The notes: generated from the sequence alone by a model not told the origin. 64,000 bases of DNA from the human T2T-CHM13v2.0 reference genome, Homo sapiens (GCA_009914755.4 CP086569.2:5376001-5440000), one strand, 5' to 3'; counted from the stretch's first letter, positions 13,453 through 32,654 are shown. Numbers and translations: made by a program.

Positions 13453-15532
13453 CCCCTGACCACAGTTTGTTAGTCCCCCCACCAGAATGAGGAACACAGA
13501 GGTGATCTCTGGCAGCTGCTTATTTAACTGAAGCCTATCTCTGGTGCTGTCTCTGCTGATGAGGTGCTGTTGACCCACAGGGCTTGGGCCTAATTGCAGT
13601 GGAGAAATAGTCTGGAACCTACCTGGTGAACATGCTAGGCACTACCATCACCTCCACCCTTCCCCTGATCTATTGGCCTTACTAAGATGCACTGTAGCCC
13701 TGTCACAGGGACTGGCCCTATCACAAGGATTTTCAGATGGGGAAACTATCTCCTCAGTTGGGTGAAGAATATGGGACTGTTTGAAGGAATGCTCCTCTGG
13801 TCTGGAATCGGTTTGGAAGGCCTTCTGTTCATCTTTGTTGTGTGTGTTTGTATTTGTGGATGGTATCTCTGAAGAAATTGCTGATGAAAGTCCAGCAGGC
13901 TTAACTCAGAGAAGCCTCCTTATTTGTCTGGTCACATTTGGTAAGCCCTGAAGCAATTGTTAGTGGAAGTCAACAGGCCTGACTAGGGGTGATTATCCCC
14001 TCTTCAAATTGCCCTACACTACCCATTGAATTCTCAGTCAGAGGTCCCTCCTCACTTTGAATGGATCAAAGAAAACAGGGAGCAAAGGAAATTGGTCAAT
14101 ATTGGGTGTTCAGCAAGGTGACTAATGTCTGTCCCTTTTGTTATGTGTATTTTGTGACAGCTGGGATGGAAAATGTTAATTTGGTTCCCCCAATGAGGTT
14201 TCCCCATGCAGCCCATTGGGTGGCATCTTGCAAAATTAAGAGGCTTTTGCCTAAGGCTCCATGAAATGGAAAAAGGTGATTTTCCTTTGTGACTATAGTG
14301 CAGTGAGCAGGGTCGCCAGGGCCCCAAGGGAAAGGGAACTTGGAAAACTGGCATGCCAGCAAAAGAAATAGAATGAATTTCTTACCAATCAGGCTTCTGG
14401 CTCCTCTCTCTCTTTGTGCAAACCAGTTGAGTGATCTGTAAAAATCACTGTTTATTAATGAGAAAAAGGATTTGTGAGGCAAGTCTGAGACTGTAGTGAA
14501 TCTGGTGTACCTTGCACTATGAATTAGTCTTTCTATGCCATTCTGTCATAAAGAGGGGTACCGCAGAATAGAATGTGTATTTAGGACCCCTATCAGCTTG
14601 CTACTCAAGCCAGCCCGGCAGGTTCGTCAGTTACAAACTATGCTACAGATCCCTGGAGCAAAAACTAGATAAAGGTTTCTTCTTGTCTTGCTTTACATCC
14701 TTGAGAGCATGACTTTATGACTATGTGGGGTACTCTCTTTTGGGCCTGTACCATCTGGAGGGCTGGAATATTTGAGTTTATGTCAGGTAGCCAGTCTGAG
14801 AGGACAAGCGGTCTGAGATGAATCAGCATGTTCTTCATCCTGAATATGCCAAGCCCCTGGGTGAGCTTTGTCTTAAAAGTCCTCGTCTTTGTTGGGATTT
14901 TCTCATCTTTTGCTATCTTAAGCCCATTTCTGAAAGTAAATTCTTGGGAATCATGGGGATCATGGGGATTATGGAGATATCTCCTCTACTCTCTTTCTGG
15001 AAACACCTTTTGCTGATATGGTAAAAGCCTGGAAATTTGAGATCTAGACTTTACCAGACTTTTTGAATTGAGTCGCTATTGGAACTGAGGATACCATTAA
15101 AAGAAAAAGGTTAAATTAAAAGAAGGATCCATAATAATAACATGGTTCCTGAGCAGTTAAAATCCTTTGCAAGCTTGAAAATGTTCAAGACTCCCTCAGG
15201 GAAGAATAACAGCAGTCACCTTTGCTCTGGGTCAGTTGCTAACTCTTTACCCTCTCCAATTGGTGGCCTGGGTTCAGTTTTGGCTTTGGAGTGAGTCCTT
15301 TGAGGTTTAATACTTGTAGAAATTTTGCCATTTATTGATATTTTTTCCCTCCATGGAGAGCTTCTGGTCTTGAATTTTCTTTTATCTGAACTACCTTTGG
15401 GGAGATTCTAGATCTTGTAAAAATCACTTACCATTTCTTTGGAGACGCCTCGTGTGCCTGTTGCTAAGCTGTCCCCTTAGTAATGGCTTATTGATTTCAC
15501 ATAGGAGGTTACCTTTAGTAAAAAAGATTCAA

Positions 15533-15836
<304 letters not shown>

Positions 15837-18800
15837 TCAAATGCCAGAAATATTGGCTATTTATCCTGGCTAAAATAAAATATTTTAAAAGGATTTTTCT
15901 TTGGAGAGCTCCATAGATAATGGAGCTATATGCATGCAGATGTTGTTTTAAAGTCCCTGCCCTGCCTTTAAACACTTCTCAGTTGATGGAACTCTGTCTT
16001 GATTCTCTGTTTCTGTCTGTGTGTGTATCTACATGTATATATGTAGTGTTTATTTAAAAGAGCTCTAATGAATTGGCTTAATGAATAATAAGCGCTTAGA
16101 TCAAATTTCAGAAAGAAACTTTAACATGTTTTAGGTCATGTGACTGATAATCTTTGAAAAATAAAGACAGTTAAAAGATTACTGGTAAACTAAAATAAAA
16201 ATGTTTTTAAAGTTTATACATTTGGTGTAAATTAGGCAGGTCAGATATGGTTTGCTAGATGCTTTAAGGTAATAAACGGCTTCTATGACTTTTAATAATT
16301 GTTGATTTGTCTGTTTTACAGTCATTAGATTCTAAATAAGGTCTGGAGACATACAGAGTTAGCCAGATTCCCTGGCTAGGCTGGGAAGAGTCAGACATTG
16401 TATGCAGCTTTGTCTTTGTCATGGGCTCTGCAATGTTATACGTGGTTAAAATTGCTTGCTTACCAGGTTTTTTACCAAAACTAAAAGTTGCTAAGGGTTA
16501 ACAGCATAGCATGTACTTGAGACTACTGGAAAAACAATTTTACATTCATGTTGTGAAAGGAAAGTAGAATTTGTTTTTGGTAAGAGGTTATAAGAAGGCA
16601 TGGGAATTTTTGTTGTTGTTGTTAAAGGGCATGTAATTTTGTCTAGCTCAGAAGTTTAAAAAAAAATTTCTTAAAAGAGTAATGGGACAAAACAAATTTG
16701 AAGCAAGTTGCAAAGGGTTTGTGAAGGATTGATCTTGTAAATGAAGTTCTGTGGGTGTTAACAAATGGCTAAAATTTGAAGGAGATGATCTAGTTTTTCT
16801 GTAGGTTAAACATTAAAATAAAGTACACTAATGGTGGGCAAGAATCTGTGCCCATGTGTCTGAATAACATGTTTTTCTTAGAGAATGGACCTGCTGTTTA
16901 AGAGAAAATTGTAAAGAGTTATAAGAGGTTTCTGAAAATTTTACCTCATGGTCAAACTGATTAAGATGGTATAGATTTGTTTGTAAGATTTTATTAATAA
17001 TTGGGTTTAACATCTATAAGACATGAATGCAAAGGTGAGATTTTGTGCTCTCTTTTAAACAATATTTTAGTGTATTATGAAAATATTATAAAAGATTTTT
17101 GTATGCCTTTTGAATAAACGACAGAAATTAGAGGGGGGAGAGAGAAGACATCCAGTTGTTTTCAAGCTGTCTTTATTGAGTCCTGTTTGGAAAGCTGAAT
17201 CTCCCCTCTATCAGCAAGTAAAGAATTTTGCTTTTAAAATTTTCTTTAGTTATCCTTTTGGGCTAAATAAATGACTTACAGTTACTTGGGATTTGTTTTG
17301 TAATATCAAGTGTTTAAACATTTGATATTTGACAAACTTTCCATGGTCAAATTGTAAATTAAGCCCTTTTTTGATCTAATCAGGCTTTAGGAGCAGATAT
17401 TAAATACTCTAAAGTCCAAAAGAGATATATTTGGCTTATTTGGTATATCAAAATCATACAGGAAGCATTGTCAAGTAGAAAATTGTGTTTGGCTTTCTTC
17501 TTTGGGCTGTATTTGCATAAATGTGTTATTGGTGTGTGTTCCAGAATTGTGTGAGATTCTTGTAATTCTGATATGTCTCAGTATATGTTTTTAGTAATAA
17601 TTATGATTGTTATGTTATTATGTGCCACAGAGATGACCAGACTTTAATCATGGCTGTTTTGAGACTTTTTTCAGCCACAGTTGTTTTATTTTGATTTTTT
17701 TCAGGTTGGTTTTATAATCAGCTATAGGACTCTGACGGGTGCACTTGAATGCAGGTTTGTGATAACTTTGGAGATTGTGACATTAAAATAGAAGAAAGAA
17801 CTTCCAAGACTCCCATAGGGAGCTAATGTGTATGAATATCAAGCAGAACAGGAATTAATTACATAGACTGAATTAATGAAAAACCAAAATAATCTTCCTA
17901 CGAATTTGTTTAAAACATTGCTAATTTTTTTTTTTTGTTTTGGAGTCCAGCAAACCTTTTTTTTTTCTTGTGAGATATCTACAGCTTTAAATAATTTGGT
18001 AAAGTACCCTCCTGTGAGCAAAATCTGAAGCATATTTCTCTCTCCCTGATTTCTCCAGAACTTGAAAACTATTTCCAAGTGTACTTAATTTATGACAGGT
18101 ATAGTTATTTGCATAAGTTCGATAAGAATCTTTTTTCTTTTGTAACAGGAAAAAATTGGAGACACTGGTTATTTTACCATGGCATTGAATGAAATGGCAT
18201 ACTTTTAGATTCTTTTAAGGAGTCAAAGTTGACTTATAGAGCCAATAAAAGTCCCTTGGGAAAACTGACCTCGTAACTTGTCTACACAGTCCCTGTTTAG
18301 GGGTCCTGCCATGTGGTAAGTAAAGAATGTCACTTCCTGACAGGCCCAAAAAGCCGAAATTATCTTGGCACCTTGAGGTGAGAAATTCACCCAATTAATA
18401 CAGTTATTTGTAAGCATAGATAAATCTGTGGCTACACTTAAAGGCTTTAAAAAAGTTTAATCTAAGATTTCCTATGGAATAAAATTCCAGCAATGCGAAT
18501 TTAAAAAGGGACTGTGTGGTAAATAATTATTCTTGCTGACTTTATGCAAATACTCAGGCCAAGTATAGTAAGACTAAAACTTATTTTACAAATAAAGTAG
18601 TCTTGCTGTGATTTGTTTTTAGTAAAAACAAGGATTGGAGAGAGAAAAATTATATTTCAGAAAAAACTATAGTACACCTCTTATTACATTCTAGTCCCCT
18701 ATTTTGAGTTTTTATAATTTTCTGCAACTTGGAATGAATACTAAATTCTTTCCAGACTACAAGTCTCCATACTAATGCTTTCAAAGTTTTGTTTCCTTTT

Positions 18801-19440
18801 TCTTTTTTGACTTGGCCTCAATAAAATTGTCACTACCTCTTTCCTGAGGCCCTGTAAGTTAAAGCTTATTGCTTGTAATACAGGAGAGAGAAAAATGTGT
18901 CAGATTGTTACTACTGTCCTCCTCTATACCTAAAGATGCTTTAAATCTAACACCTGGATAAATTGTACCCAACATTAACCTTTGTTTTTCTTCTGTCTCT
19001 ATAAAACTGCCTCTTATTAAAATTAGTTTGCCTTCATAAAATAGAGAGGTCTAGCCAATCTGAAGTGCTACCTCCTCATGTGGGAAACAGCTGTTTAACT
19101 GAGCTGATCTAGTCTCGGGACTTAGACACTGACTCAAAAGATATTCAACTATACCGAAGATGGTATATTTAATTTGCTCTTTCCTGTTTATCCCAATCTG
19201 TCTTTCTAACAACCTATGGTTTGTTGTTCACTTAAGTGCTGTATTAGAACTGTGGGTGAGAATATTAATGTTTTTGTCATACACCAGTGAGTACACGCAG
19301 ATGGCTGCAAAGCAGCGGTTTTACTCATATTCTCCTGGGACCAACCTCCCCCAATTGTACCACCCGTCAGCAGGAAGAAGCCAGAGTAGTCATTGCTGTT
19401 TTTCCATCTCTGTGACCAACATCTTAAGAATAAGGTGAAT

Positions 19441-22379
19441 AAAAGCCAAAGGGGGATTGAAACAACCTTTGCAAAAAATATATCAGTGAGAAAATTTTGA
19501 CTATGAGGAACTATATGCCAAAAAATTGGAAAATCTGTAAGAAATGGATAAATTTCTGGGCACATGCCATCTACCAAGATTAAACCATGAAGAACTCTAA
19601 AACCTGAACAAACCAATAACAAAAAATGAGATCAAAACTGTAATAAAAATTCTCCCAGGATATAAAAGCCCAAGACCTGATGGCTTCACTACTGAATTGT
19701 ACCAGAAATTTAAAGAACTAAATCCAAGCCTGCTCAAACTATCCCTAAAAATAGAGGATGAGAAAATACTTCCAAACTCATTCTACGAATCTAATATTAG
19801 CATGATAACAAAGCCAGTCAAAGACATGTTAAAGTAAAACAAAACAACAGGCCCCAATGTCTCTGATGAATATTGATGTAAAAACCTTAACAAAAAATTA
19901 GCAAACTGAATTAAACAATACACTAAAAAGATTATTTATCATGACCAAGAAGTCTTTATTCCTATTACACAAGGATGGTTCAGCATAAGCAAATCAATCA
20001 TATCAATAGAATGAAAGAAAAAAAAACTATGATTATTTCAATTGAAGTCAAAATAATTACATTCAATACCCCTTAATGAGAAAAACTCTGAAAAACTGAA
20101 CACACTACCACATAATAAAAGCCATATATGACAGACCCACAGCTAGTATATCACGCTGAATAGTAAAATAATAAAAGCCTTTCCTCTAAGATTTGCAACA
20201 TGATAAGGATGCCCATTTTCACCACTGTTATTCAATATAATACTGGAATTCCTAACTAGAGCAATCAGACAAGAGAAATACATAAAGTACATTTAAATTG
20301 GAAAGGAAGAAGTCAAATTATCTTTTTTTGCTGATGACATAATTCCATATTGGGAAAAAACTAAAGAGTGCAAAAAAACCATTAGAACTGATAAAAAAAA
20401 TTAGTAAACTTGCACGATATGAAATAAAAATACAATAATCAGTAGCATTTCTATATCCCAACAGTGAATAAACTGAAATTGAAATTAAAAAGTAGTCAAA
20501 TTAATAATAGCCACACACAAAAGTAAATACCTAAGAATTAACATAACCAAAGAAGTAAAAGATCGCTATAATAAAAAACTATAAAACACTGACAAAAAAA
20601 ATTTCAGAGAACACCAAAAAAGGTAAAATATTCCATGTTCATGAATTAGAAAAATTAATATTTTTTAAATGTCCATATTACACAAAGCCACTACAGATTT
20701 AATGTAATCCCTATCAAAATACCAATGACATTCTTTATAGCAATAGAAAAAAGAATCCTAAAATTCATATGGGACCACAAAAGACCCAGAATAGCCACAG
20801 TTATCTTAGGCAAAAAGAACAAAACCAGAGGAATTATATTACCTGCCTTCAAATTATGTTACAGAGCTATAGTAACCAAACAGCATAAACCTGACATAAA
20901 AACAGACACATAGACCAAAGGAACAGAATTGAGAACCTACAAACAAATCCAAACACATACAGTGAACTCATTTTCTCCAAAAATGCTGAGAACATACACT
21001 GGGGAAAAGACAGTCTCTTCAATAAATAGTGCTGGGAAAACTGGATATTCACATGCTGAAGAATGAGACTAGATCCCTATCTCTCACCATATACAAAAAT
21101 TAAATCTAAATGGATTAAAGACTTAAATCTAAGACCTCAAACTGTGAAACCATTAAAAGAAAAGTATTAAAAGGAAACATTTGAAAAATGCTCAACATCA
21201 ATCCAGGCAAAGTTTTCTGTAATACCCCACAAGAACAGGCAATGAAAGCAAAAATGTACAAATGGAATCATATCCAGTTAAGAAGCTTCTGCACAGCAAA
21301 TAAAACAATCAACAAAGTGAAGAGACAACCCACAGAATGGAAGAAAATATTTGCAAATTACCCCCCAGACAAGGTCTTAACAAGCAGAACATTTAAGGAG
21401 CTCAGCTCAAACAACTGTATTAAAAAAAACAAAACACTAATAATTTAATCAAAAAATGGACACAAAATGTGAATATACATTTCTCAAAAGATGACATGCA
21501 AATGGCAAGCAGGCATATGAAAGTGTGCACAATATCATTGATTATCAGATAAATGCAAATAAAACTACAATGAGATATCATCTCGCCCCAGTTAAAATGG
21601 CTTTTATCTAAAAGACAGGCAATAACAAAAACTGGAGAGGGTGTGGAGAAAAGGGAACCGCCATGCACTATTTGTGGGAATGTAAATTAGTACAACCACT
21701 ATAGAGAACAGTTTGGAGGGTCCTCACAAAACTAAAAATAGAGCTACTATATGATTCAACAATTCTACTGCTTGGTATATACCCCAAAGTACAGAAATTG
21801 GATATCTCCACCCCTTTTTTGACAACTCTGTTCACAATAGACAAGATTTGGAAACAACCTAGGTATTCCTCAACAGATAAATGGATAAAGAAAATATAAA
21901 ATTTATACACAATGTAGTACTATTCATTCACATAAAAAATGAGATTCAGTCATTTGCAACAACATGGATAGAACTGGAGGTTATCATATTAAGTGAAATA
22001 AGCCAAGCACAATAAGATCAGCATTGCATGTTCTCAATTATTTGTGAGATCTGAAAATTAAAACAATTGAACTCATGGAGATAGAGTGTAGGATATGATT
22101 ACCAGAGGCTGGGAAGCATAGTAGAGAAAGTGAGTGGGTGGCAGGGATGGTTAATCATTCCAAAAAGTAGTTAGAATAAATGGATAATACCTAATATTTG
22201 ATAGTAAAACAGGATGACTATAGTCAATAATAATTTAACTGTACATTAAAAAATAACTAAAAGAATATAATTAGATTGTTTATAACATGAAGGATAAATG
22301 CTTGAGGGGATGGATAACCCATATTTCATGGTGTGATTGTTACACTTTGCAAGCCTGTATCAAAAAATCTTATGTCCTC
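19441..22379 (+). mobile_element. 5'-truncated L1 (L1PB/L1MA-like), mid-ORF2 to 3' end
   Basis: Plus-strand translation matches L1 ORF2 from 'YAKKLENL.EMDKFLGTCHLPRLNHEEL.NLNKPIT' through '...[20 protein letters not shown]...', '...FADDIIPY...', 'CTANKTINKVKRQPTEWKKIFANY', '...[11 protein letters not shown]' to the old-type 3'UTR '...ggataacccatatttcatggtgtgattgttacactttgcaagcctgtatcaaaaaatc'. It abuts THE1 copy 2. Confidence 0.85.
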
Positions 22380-24470
22380 TGATATGGCTTGGCTGTGTCC
22401 ACACCCAAGTCTCACCTTGAATTGTAGCTCCCATAATCCCCATGTGTTGTGGGAGGGACCCAGTGGAGATAATTACATCACGGTGGCAGGTTTTTCTTGT
22501 GCTGTTTTTATGGTAGTAAATAAGTCTCAAGAGATCTGATGGTTTTCAAAAGGGCAGTTCCCCTGCACATGCTCTCTTGCCTGCTGCCATGTAAGGCATG
22601 CCTTTTTTCTTCTGCCATGATTGTGAGGCCTTCCCAGCCATGTGGAACTGTGAGTTCATTAAACTTCTTTTTCTTTTTAAATTACCCAGTTTTGGGTATT
22701 TCTTCATAGCAGTAAGAAAATGGACTAATGTAGCAAATTGGTACCAGGATTAGGGCACTGTTATTATATTAAGATACCCGAAAATGTGGAAGTGACTTTG
22801 GAACTGGGTAACAGGCAGAGATTGGAACAGTTTGTAGGGCTCAGAAGACAGGAAGATGTGGGAAAGTTTCAACGTTCCTAGAGACTTGTTGAATGGTGTT
22901 GACCAAAAAGTTCAGGCTGAGGTGGTCCCAGAAGGAGATGAGGAAGTTATTGAGAACTGGAGCAAAGGTGATTATTGCTATGCTTTAGCAAACAGATTGG
23001 TAGCGTTTTTCCCCTGCCCTAGATATCTGTGGAACTTTGAACATGAGAGAGATGATTTAGGGTATCTGGCAGAATAAATTTCTAAGCAGTAAAGCATTCA
23101 AGAGGTAACTTGGGTGCTCTTAAATGCATTCAGTTTTATTCATTCACAAAGAAATGGTTTGAAGTTGGAACTTATGTTTAAAATGGGAGCAGAGCATAAA
23201 AGTTTGGAAAATTTGCAGCCTGATGATGTAATAGAAAAGAAAAACCCATTTTCTGAGGAAAAATTCAAAGCTGGCTGGAGAAAATTTCATAAGTATTGAG
23301 AAGCCAAATATTAATCACCAAAACAGTAGGAAAACTTTCTCCAGGACATGTCAGAGGTCCTCATGGCAGCACCTACAGTCACAAGCTGGGGGTGTCTAGG
23401 AGGAAAAAAATTGTTTTGTGGGCCAGATCCAGGGTTTTGCTGCTTTGTGCAGTCTTGGGACCTGGTGCCCTGCATTACAGCCATGGCTAAAGGGGGCCAA
23501 TGTACACCTCAAGACATTGTTTCAGAGGGTTCAAGCCCCATACATTGGTGTCTTACATGTGGTATTGGGCCTGTGGGTGCACAGAAGTCAAGAACTGGGA
23601 ATCTCCACCTAAATTTTGGAGGATGTATGGAAATTGCTGGGTGTCCAGGCAGAGTTGTGCTGCAGGGGCAGAATCCTCACGGAGAACCTCTGCTAGGGCA
23701 GTGCAGAAGGGAAATGTGAGGTGGGAGTCCCCACACAGAATCCCCACTGAGGCACTGCCTAGTGGAGTGATGAGAAAAGAGCCACCATCCTCCAGACCCC
23801 AGAATGGTAGATCCAATCACAGCTTGCACCATGCACCTGAAAAAGCCACAGACACTCAATGCCAGCCTGTGAAAGCAGCCAGGAGTGAGGCTGTACTCTG
23901 CAAAGCCACAGGGGCAGAGCTGCCCAAGACCACGAGAACCCACCTCTTGCATCAGTGTGACCTGGATGTGAAACATGCAGTCAAAGGTGATCATTTTGGA
24001 GCTTTAATATTTGACCACCTCACTGGATTTCACATTTTCATGAGGCCTGTAGTCTCTTCATTTTGGCCAATTTCTCCCATTTGGAATAGGCATATTTACC
24101 CAATGCCTGTACCTCCATTGTATCTAGGAAGTAACTAACTTGCTTTTGATTTTACAGGCTCATAGGTGGAAGGGAGTTGCCTTGTCTCAGATGAGACTTT
24201 GGACCGTGAACTTTTGAGTTATTGCTGAATCAAGACTTTGGGGAACTGTTGAGAAGGAATGATTTGTTTTGAAATGTGAGGACATGAGATTTGGGAGTTG
24301 CCAGGGGCAGAATGGTGTGGTTTGCCTGTGTCCCCACTCAAATTTCATCTTGAATTGAAGCTCCCATAATCTCCACGTGTTGTGGGAGGGAACCAGTGAG
24401 GGGTAATTGAATCATCAGGGTGGGTTTTTCCCATGCTATTCTTGTGATAGTGAATAAGTCTCAAGAGATG
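22380..24470 (+). mobile_element. THE1 (ERVL-MaLR) element; copy 2 (5' LTR 22380-22731, internal, 3' LTR truncated at 24311-24470)
   Basis: 5' LTR 'tgatatggcttggctgtgtccacacccaagtctcaccttgaattgtagctcccataatccccatgtgttgtgggagggacccagtgg...ggactaatgta'. THE1 internal follows, including the recurrent ORF 'NWSKGDYCYALANRLVAFFPCPRY'. The 3' LTR stops at '...gtgaataagtctcaagagatg', followed by (aaag)n. Confidence 0.9.
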
Positions 24471-24489
24471 AAAGAAAGAAAGAAAGAAC

Positions 24490-24800
24490 AATGATGTGAA
24501 ATAATTAAAACGCTAATACATTGCTGATGGGAATGTAAAATGGCGTAGCTACTAAGGAAAATGGTATGGTGATTCATAAAAAAAAAAAAAAATATTAAAC
24601 ATAAAATTACCATATGACCCAACCATTCTACTCTGGGTATATACTCAAAAGTAGTTGAAATAGAGATTCAAACAGGTATCAGTACCCATATTCATAGCTG
24701 CATTATTCACAGCAGCCAAAAGTTGGAAGCAACCTAAGAGTTTATCCTAAGAGCAAACAGCAAATGGAGAAGCACTTATTCTAGAAAATCTACTAATATT
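24490..24800 (+). mobile_element. short L1 ORF2 C-terminal fragment
   Basis: Translation '...LLMGM.NGVATKENGMVIHKKKKK...KLPYDPTILLWVYTQK...IFIAALFTAAKSWKQPK' matches L1 ORF2 '..LLVGM.NGTATLENSL...IHNSQKVEATQ' region. Confidence 0.6.
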
Positions 24801-25859
24801 CTGCAAGAATAGTGAGAGCCTGTGGCATTTGAATCATAATCCATATCTCGCCACACAATTTAGTGTGACAAAAGCTTCATCCCTTCCAGGGTCATTCAAA
24901 AATGCAGAACTCCTTTTCCCTCCAACTCCAAGTCTAGGGTTAAGGTATCTTCCACTGAGGCACAGGCTTCCAGGATTTCTAATTTCTAACAGGTCTGTGT
25001 TGCAGAAGCTCTATTATAGGTTAAGAACACTGTGCCTAGTTGCCCATACTCCAATTCACTTATAGAGTAGAAATCCCATGCTGGGTTAGGCATGTTAAGA
25101 AGACCAGAGGATACTTCACCTGTCTGCTAAAAAGCAGGGTTATACATCTAAAAGAAGCAGGCTACTGTCCTCATTTTTATCGTGAGAGCAGTGGCACACA
25201 TATATTGCCCAGGGGATGATAAATACAGAGAGCTCCAAAGCTATCCTCAAGAGAAGGGACTCATTTGGAGCAAAGTATGGGGGAAGTTCAAGCTAAGGGA
25301 GTTGTCAAAAACAGTGGAGATTTTGCTGGTAAGGCAATAAGAAGAAGCTGATAGCTCCATGAGACAAAAAAATAAAAATTACATTAAAATTTAAAAGACT
25401 GTAGATTAGCTGTAGGTTTAGCAGAGACAACCAGGAAAAAGTGCAGAGAAAAAGCCCGCTTGGGTCAGAACCAACATCCAAATGTTGCCTTAAAGACTAC
25501 CCCTGCAAAGGGGCTCACATTTGATTGTATCAGACTGCTGAGCAATTTATGCCTTAGGACATTGCCAAAAACAATCAAGCAATCAGCCAGTAATGAGTGG
25601 AGCCTAACTGGCTGAGAACGGATACCAAATGAAGCAAGTAGTTTAGCTGAAAAATCAGGGAAAGAGACTGTCAAATAAACCTTAGCTAAAATTACTGACA
25701 TCTCAGTGTATGTCCATATTTAAGGCCGTACCCTCTGATGCATGACATCAGAGGTAACACATTCAATGGGATATAGACTTCGCCAAATATTCTAGCCAAG
25801 TAACAAAACAAGCAAATAAACAACAACAAAATCAAGTCCCAGAGAGGGTAGTGGTATCA

Positions 25860-30700
<4,841 letters not shown>

Positions 30701-32654
30701 TAAATTATATCATTTTCCAGTGAAAATGACTTTGCATCAATTTCTTCATCACAAATAGGCTACAATCTCGATATTGAAACTATGATGTATTATTTTTTGT
30801 GAAATTTCAGGCTGCCAGATAAATGGCTTTTCTGATGACCAGGAAATTAAATTTTGTTTGAAAGTAAAGTTATATGTGTGTTCATGTATTTTCATGCCTG
30901 CAATTATGGTTTAATATTATCTGAAATATATAAAACTATATTCCCAACTATTTCTCAAATATAATTGTGCAAAAAATATAGAACATTTTAAACGTTAATC
31001 TCCTAGGGACACGTTTATTTTAAGTGAGCTCTAAATAAAGAAAGATAAATGGTTATCTAATGCGGAGCTATTAGTCTTACTATAACTTATTTTACATCCT
31101 ATTCTTTGGTACTAAGCATGATAGGGTAATGACAGTCACTGGACTCTATAACAAATTGAATCTCTATTTTTATTTTTTAAAATTATGTACAAAAACTTGA
31201 ATTGCCATTATCACTCAGCAAGCACACATGTTCAGAGAGAAGAAAAAGAGAATTTTTTTTTTCTTTTCTGGAGACCTAAGTGTGAAAACAAATTATACTA
31301 ATCATTTATAAAGTTATTTGAAATTAACTAGTGGTTGCAACCCAAAGTTAAGAAAATAGTGAAGATTATATGGACAGTTTCTTTCTCTAAAAATAACCAA
31401 ATTCTTCCTTCCTGTTCTGCTCTTCTCTTAATACCATGCACCTGAACAAAAATCATTATGTCATTTTTCTAGCTTTGTGAAGGTAGAAAATGTATGAGGC
31501 TAAGTGTCTTAGAAAACCTTTGTATTATCGTTTATCCTATGGTTTCTGTAAATAAATGATATTCTTATCTTTTTAAATATTTCCACACATTATTTTCAAA
31601 ATTATGTTTTGAATTTGATAACTTTGTATTAAAAATATTTCAAGCAGTGAGTCCACAAAGAAGCATGTATTATTTGGATGCAATACTATTTAATTTGATT
31701 AGGATATTTTTCTGGAAAAAATAATTCTGAATTGAATAAAGGAGGCAAAAGATAATTTATAAAAAGTAAAATTTCTCAACAGTTGACATCACTCATTGCT
31801 GTTTTTTATATTTACGTACAATAAAATTCACTCATGTTCTATAGTTCTACCAGTTTTGACAAATGCATACAATCATGTATCTATCACCATTTTCATATAG
31901 AGAACACTTTCATTACTCCCAAAATTTATTTGTGCTGCTCTGCTAGTCAACATTACCTGAATTCCCAGCTCCTGGCGATCACCGGTATGTTTTTCATCCC
32001 TATAAGCTTGCCATTTCCAGAATGTTATATAATAGGAACCATACACGATGTAGACTGTTGATTATGGCTTCTTTCATTTAACAAAATTCATCTGAGATTC
32101 ATCCATGTTGCTCTAAGAATCAATATGCTTCTTTTTATTGCTGAGTAGTATTTCAGTGTGTGGCTATGACACAGTTCATTCTTTTACCAGCTGAAAGACA
32201 GTAAGGGTCATTTCTACCTTTTGGTGATTATTAATAATGATGTTTAACTTGCACATAAAAATTTCTACGATAACATACGTTTTCAAATATTTTGCATAAA
32301 TATGCAGGACTGGAATTGCTGGGTTTTTTTTCTGTTTTTGTTTTTCAAGTGTATGTTTAGCTGTATAGGAAGTTGACAAACTGTTATCTAAATTCTCTGT
32401 GCCATTCTGTGTCAGCAGCAGCATCAACTGAAGATTCTAGATGTTTGGAATACTTACCAGCACTTGGTATTTTTAGTTTGTTCTTTTAATCACTCAAATA
32501 GAATGGTATCTCTTTGCATTTTAAATTTGTGTTTCTTTAATGTCTGACTGTGCTGAGCCTCTAATTATATGCTTATCTGACATATTCATGTCTTCTTTGA
32601 TAGTCTATACAGATATTTGCCAGTTTTTTAATTGAGTTCTTCATTTTCTTATTG

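Larger units (their letters stand above)
12766..15532 (+). mobile_element. class I (gamma-retrovirus-like) endogenous retrovirus remnant: LTR, tRNA-Pro primer-binding site and a degenerate internal region
   Basis: An LTR-like segment with TATA ('tataaact' ~13313) and 'attaaa' (~13361) is followed 2 nt later by 'tgggggctcatctgggat' (13435-13452). That 18-mer matches the canonical PBS-Pro 'TGGGGGCTCGTCCGGGAT' at 16 of 18 positions, and both mismatches are CpG-decay transitions. Downstream sequence has no intact gag/pol/env frame. The 5' LTR boundary is uncertain (13100 or 12766). The element is cut by an Alu at 15533. Confidence 0.5.

Noticed and set aside
18223-18417. Minus-strand ORF containing '...FSPQGAKII...' reminiscent of the retroviral RT 'LPQG' motif, as possible ERV pol downstream of the PBS
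   Set aside because: It is on the opposite strand to the PBS-defined ERV, and the flanking residues do not match the RT motif context (LPQGF.NSP..F).
18780-19440. LTR-like AT-rich segment with AATAAA-like signals and a 138-aa minus ORF (19206-19622)
   Set aside because: No terminal TG...CA boundaries, PBS or recognisable family. The ORF runs into the adjacent L1 and is a chance frame. Left unannotated.
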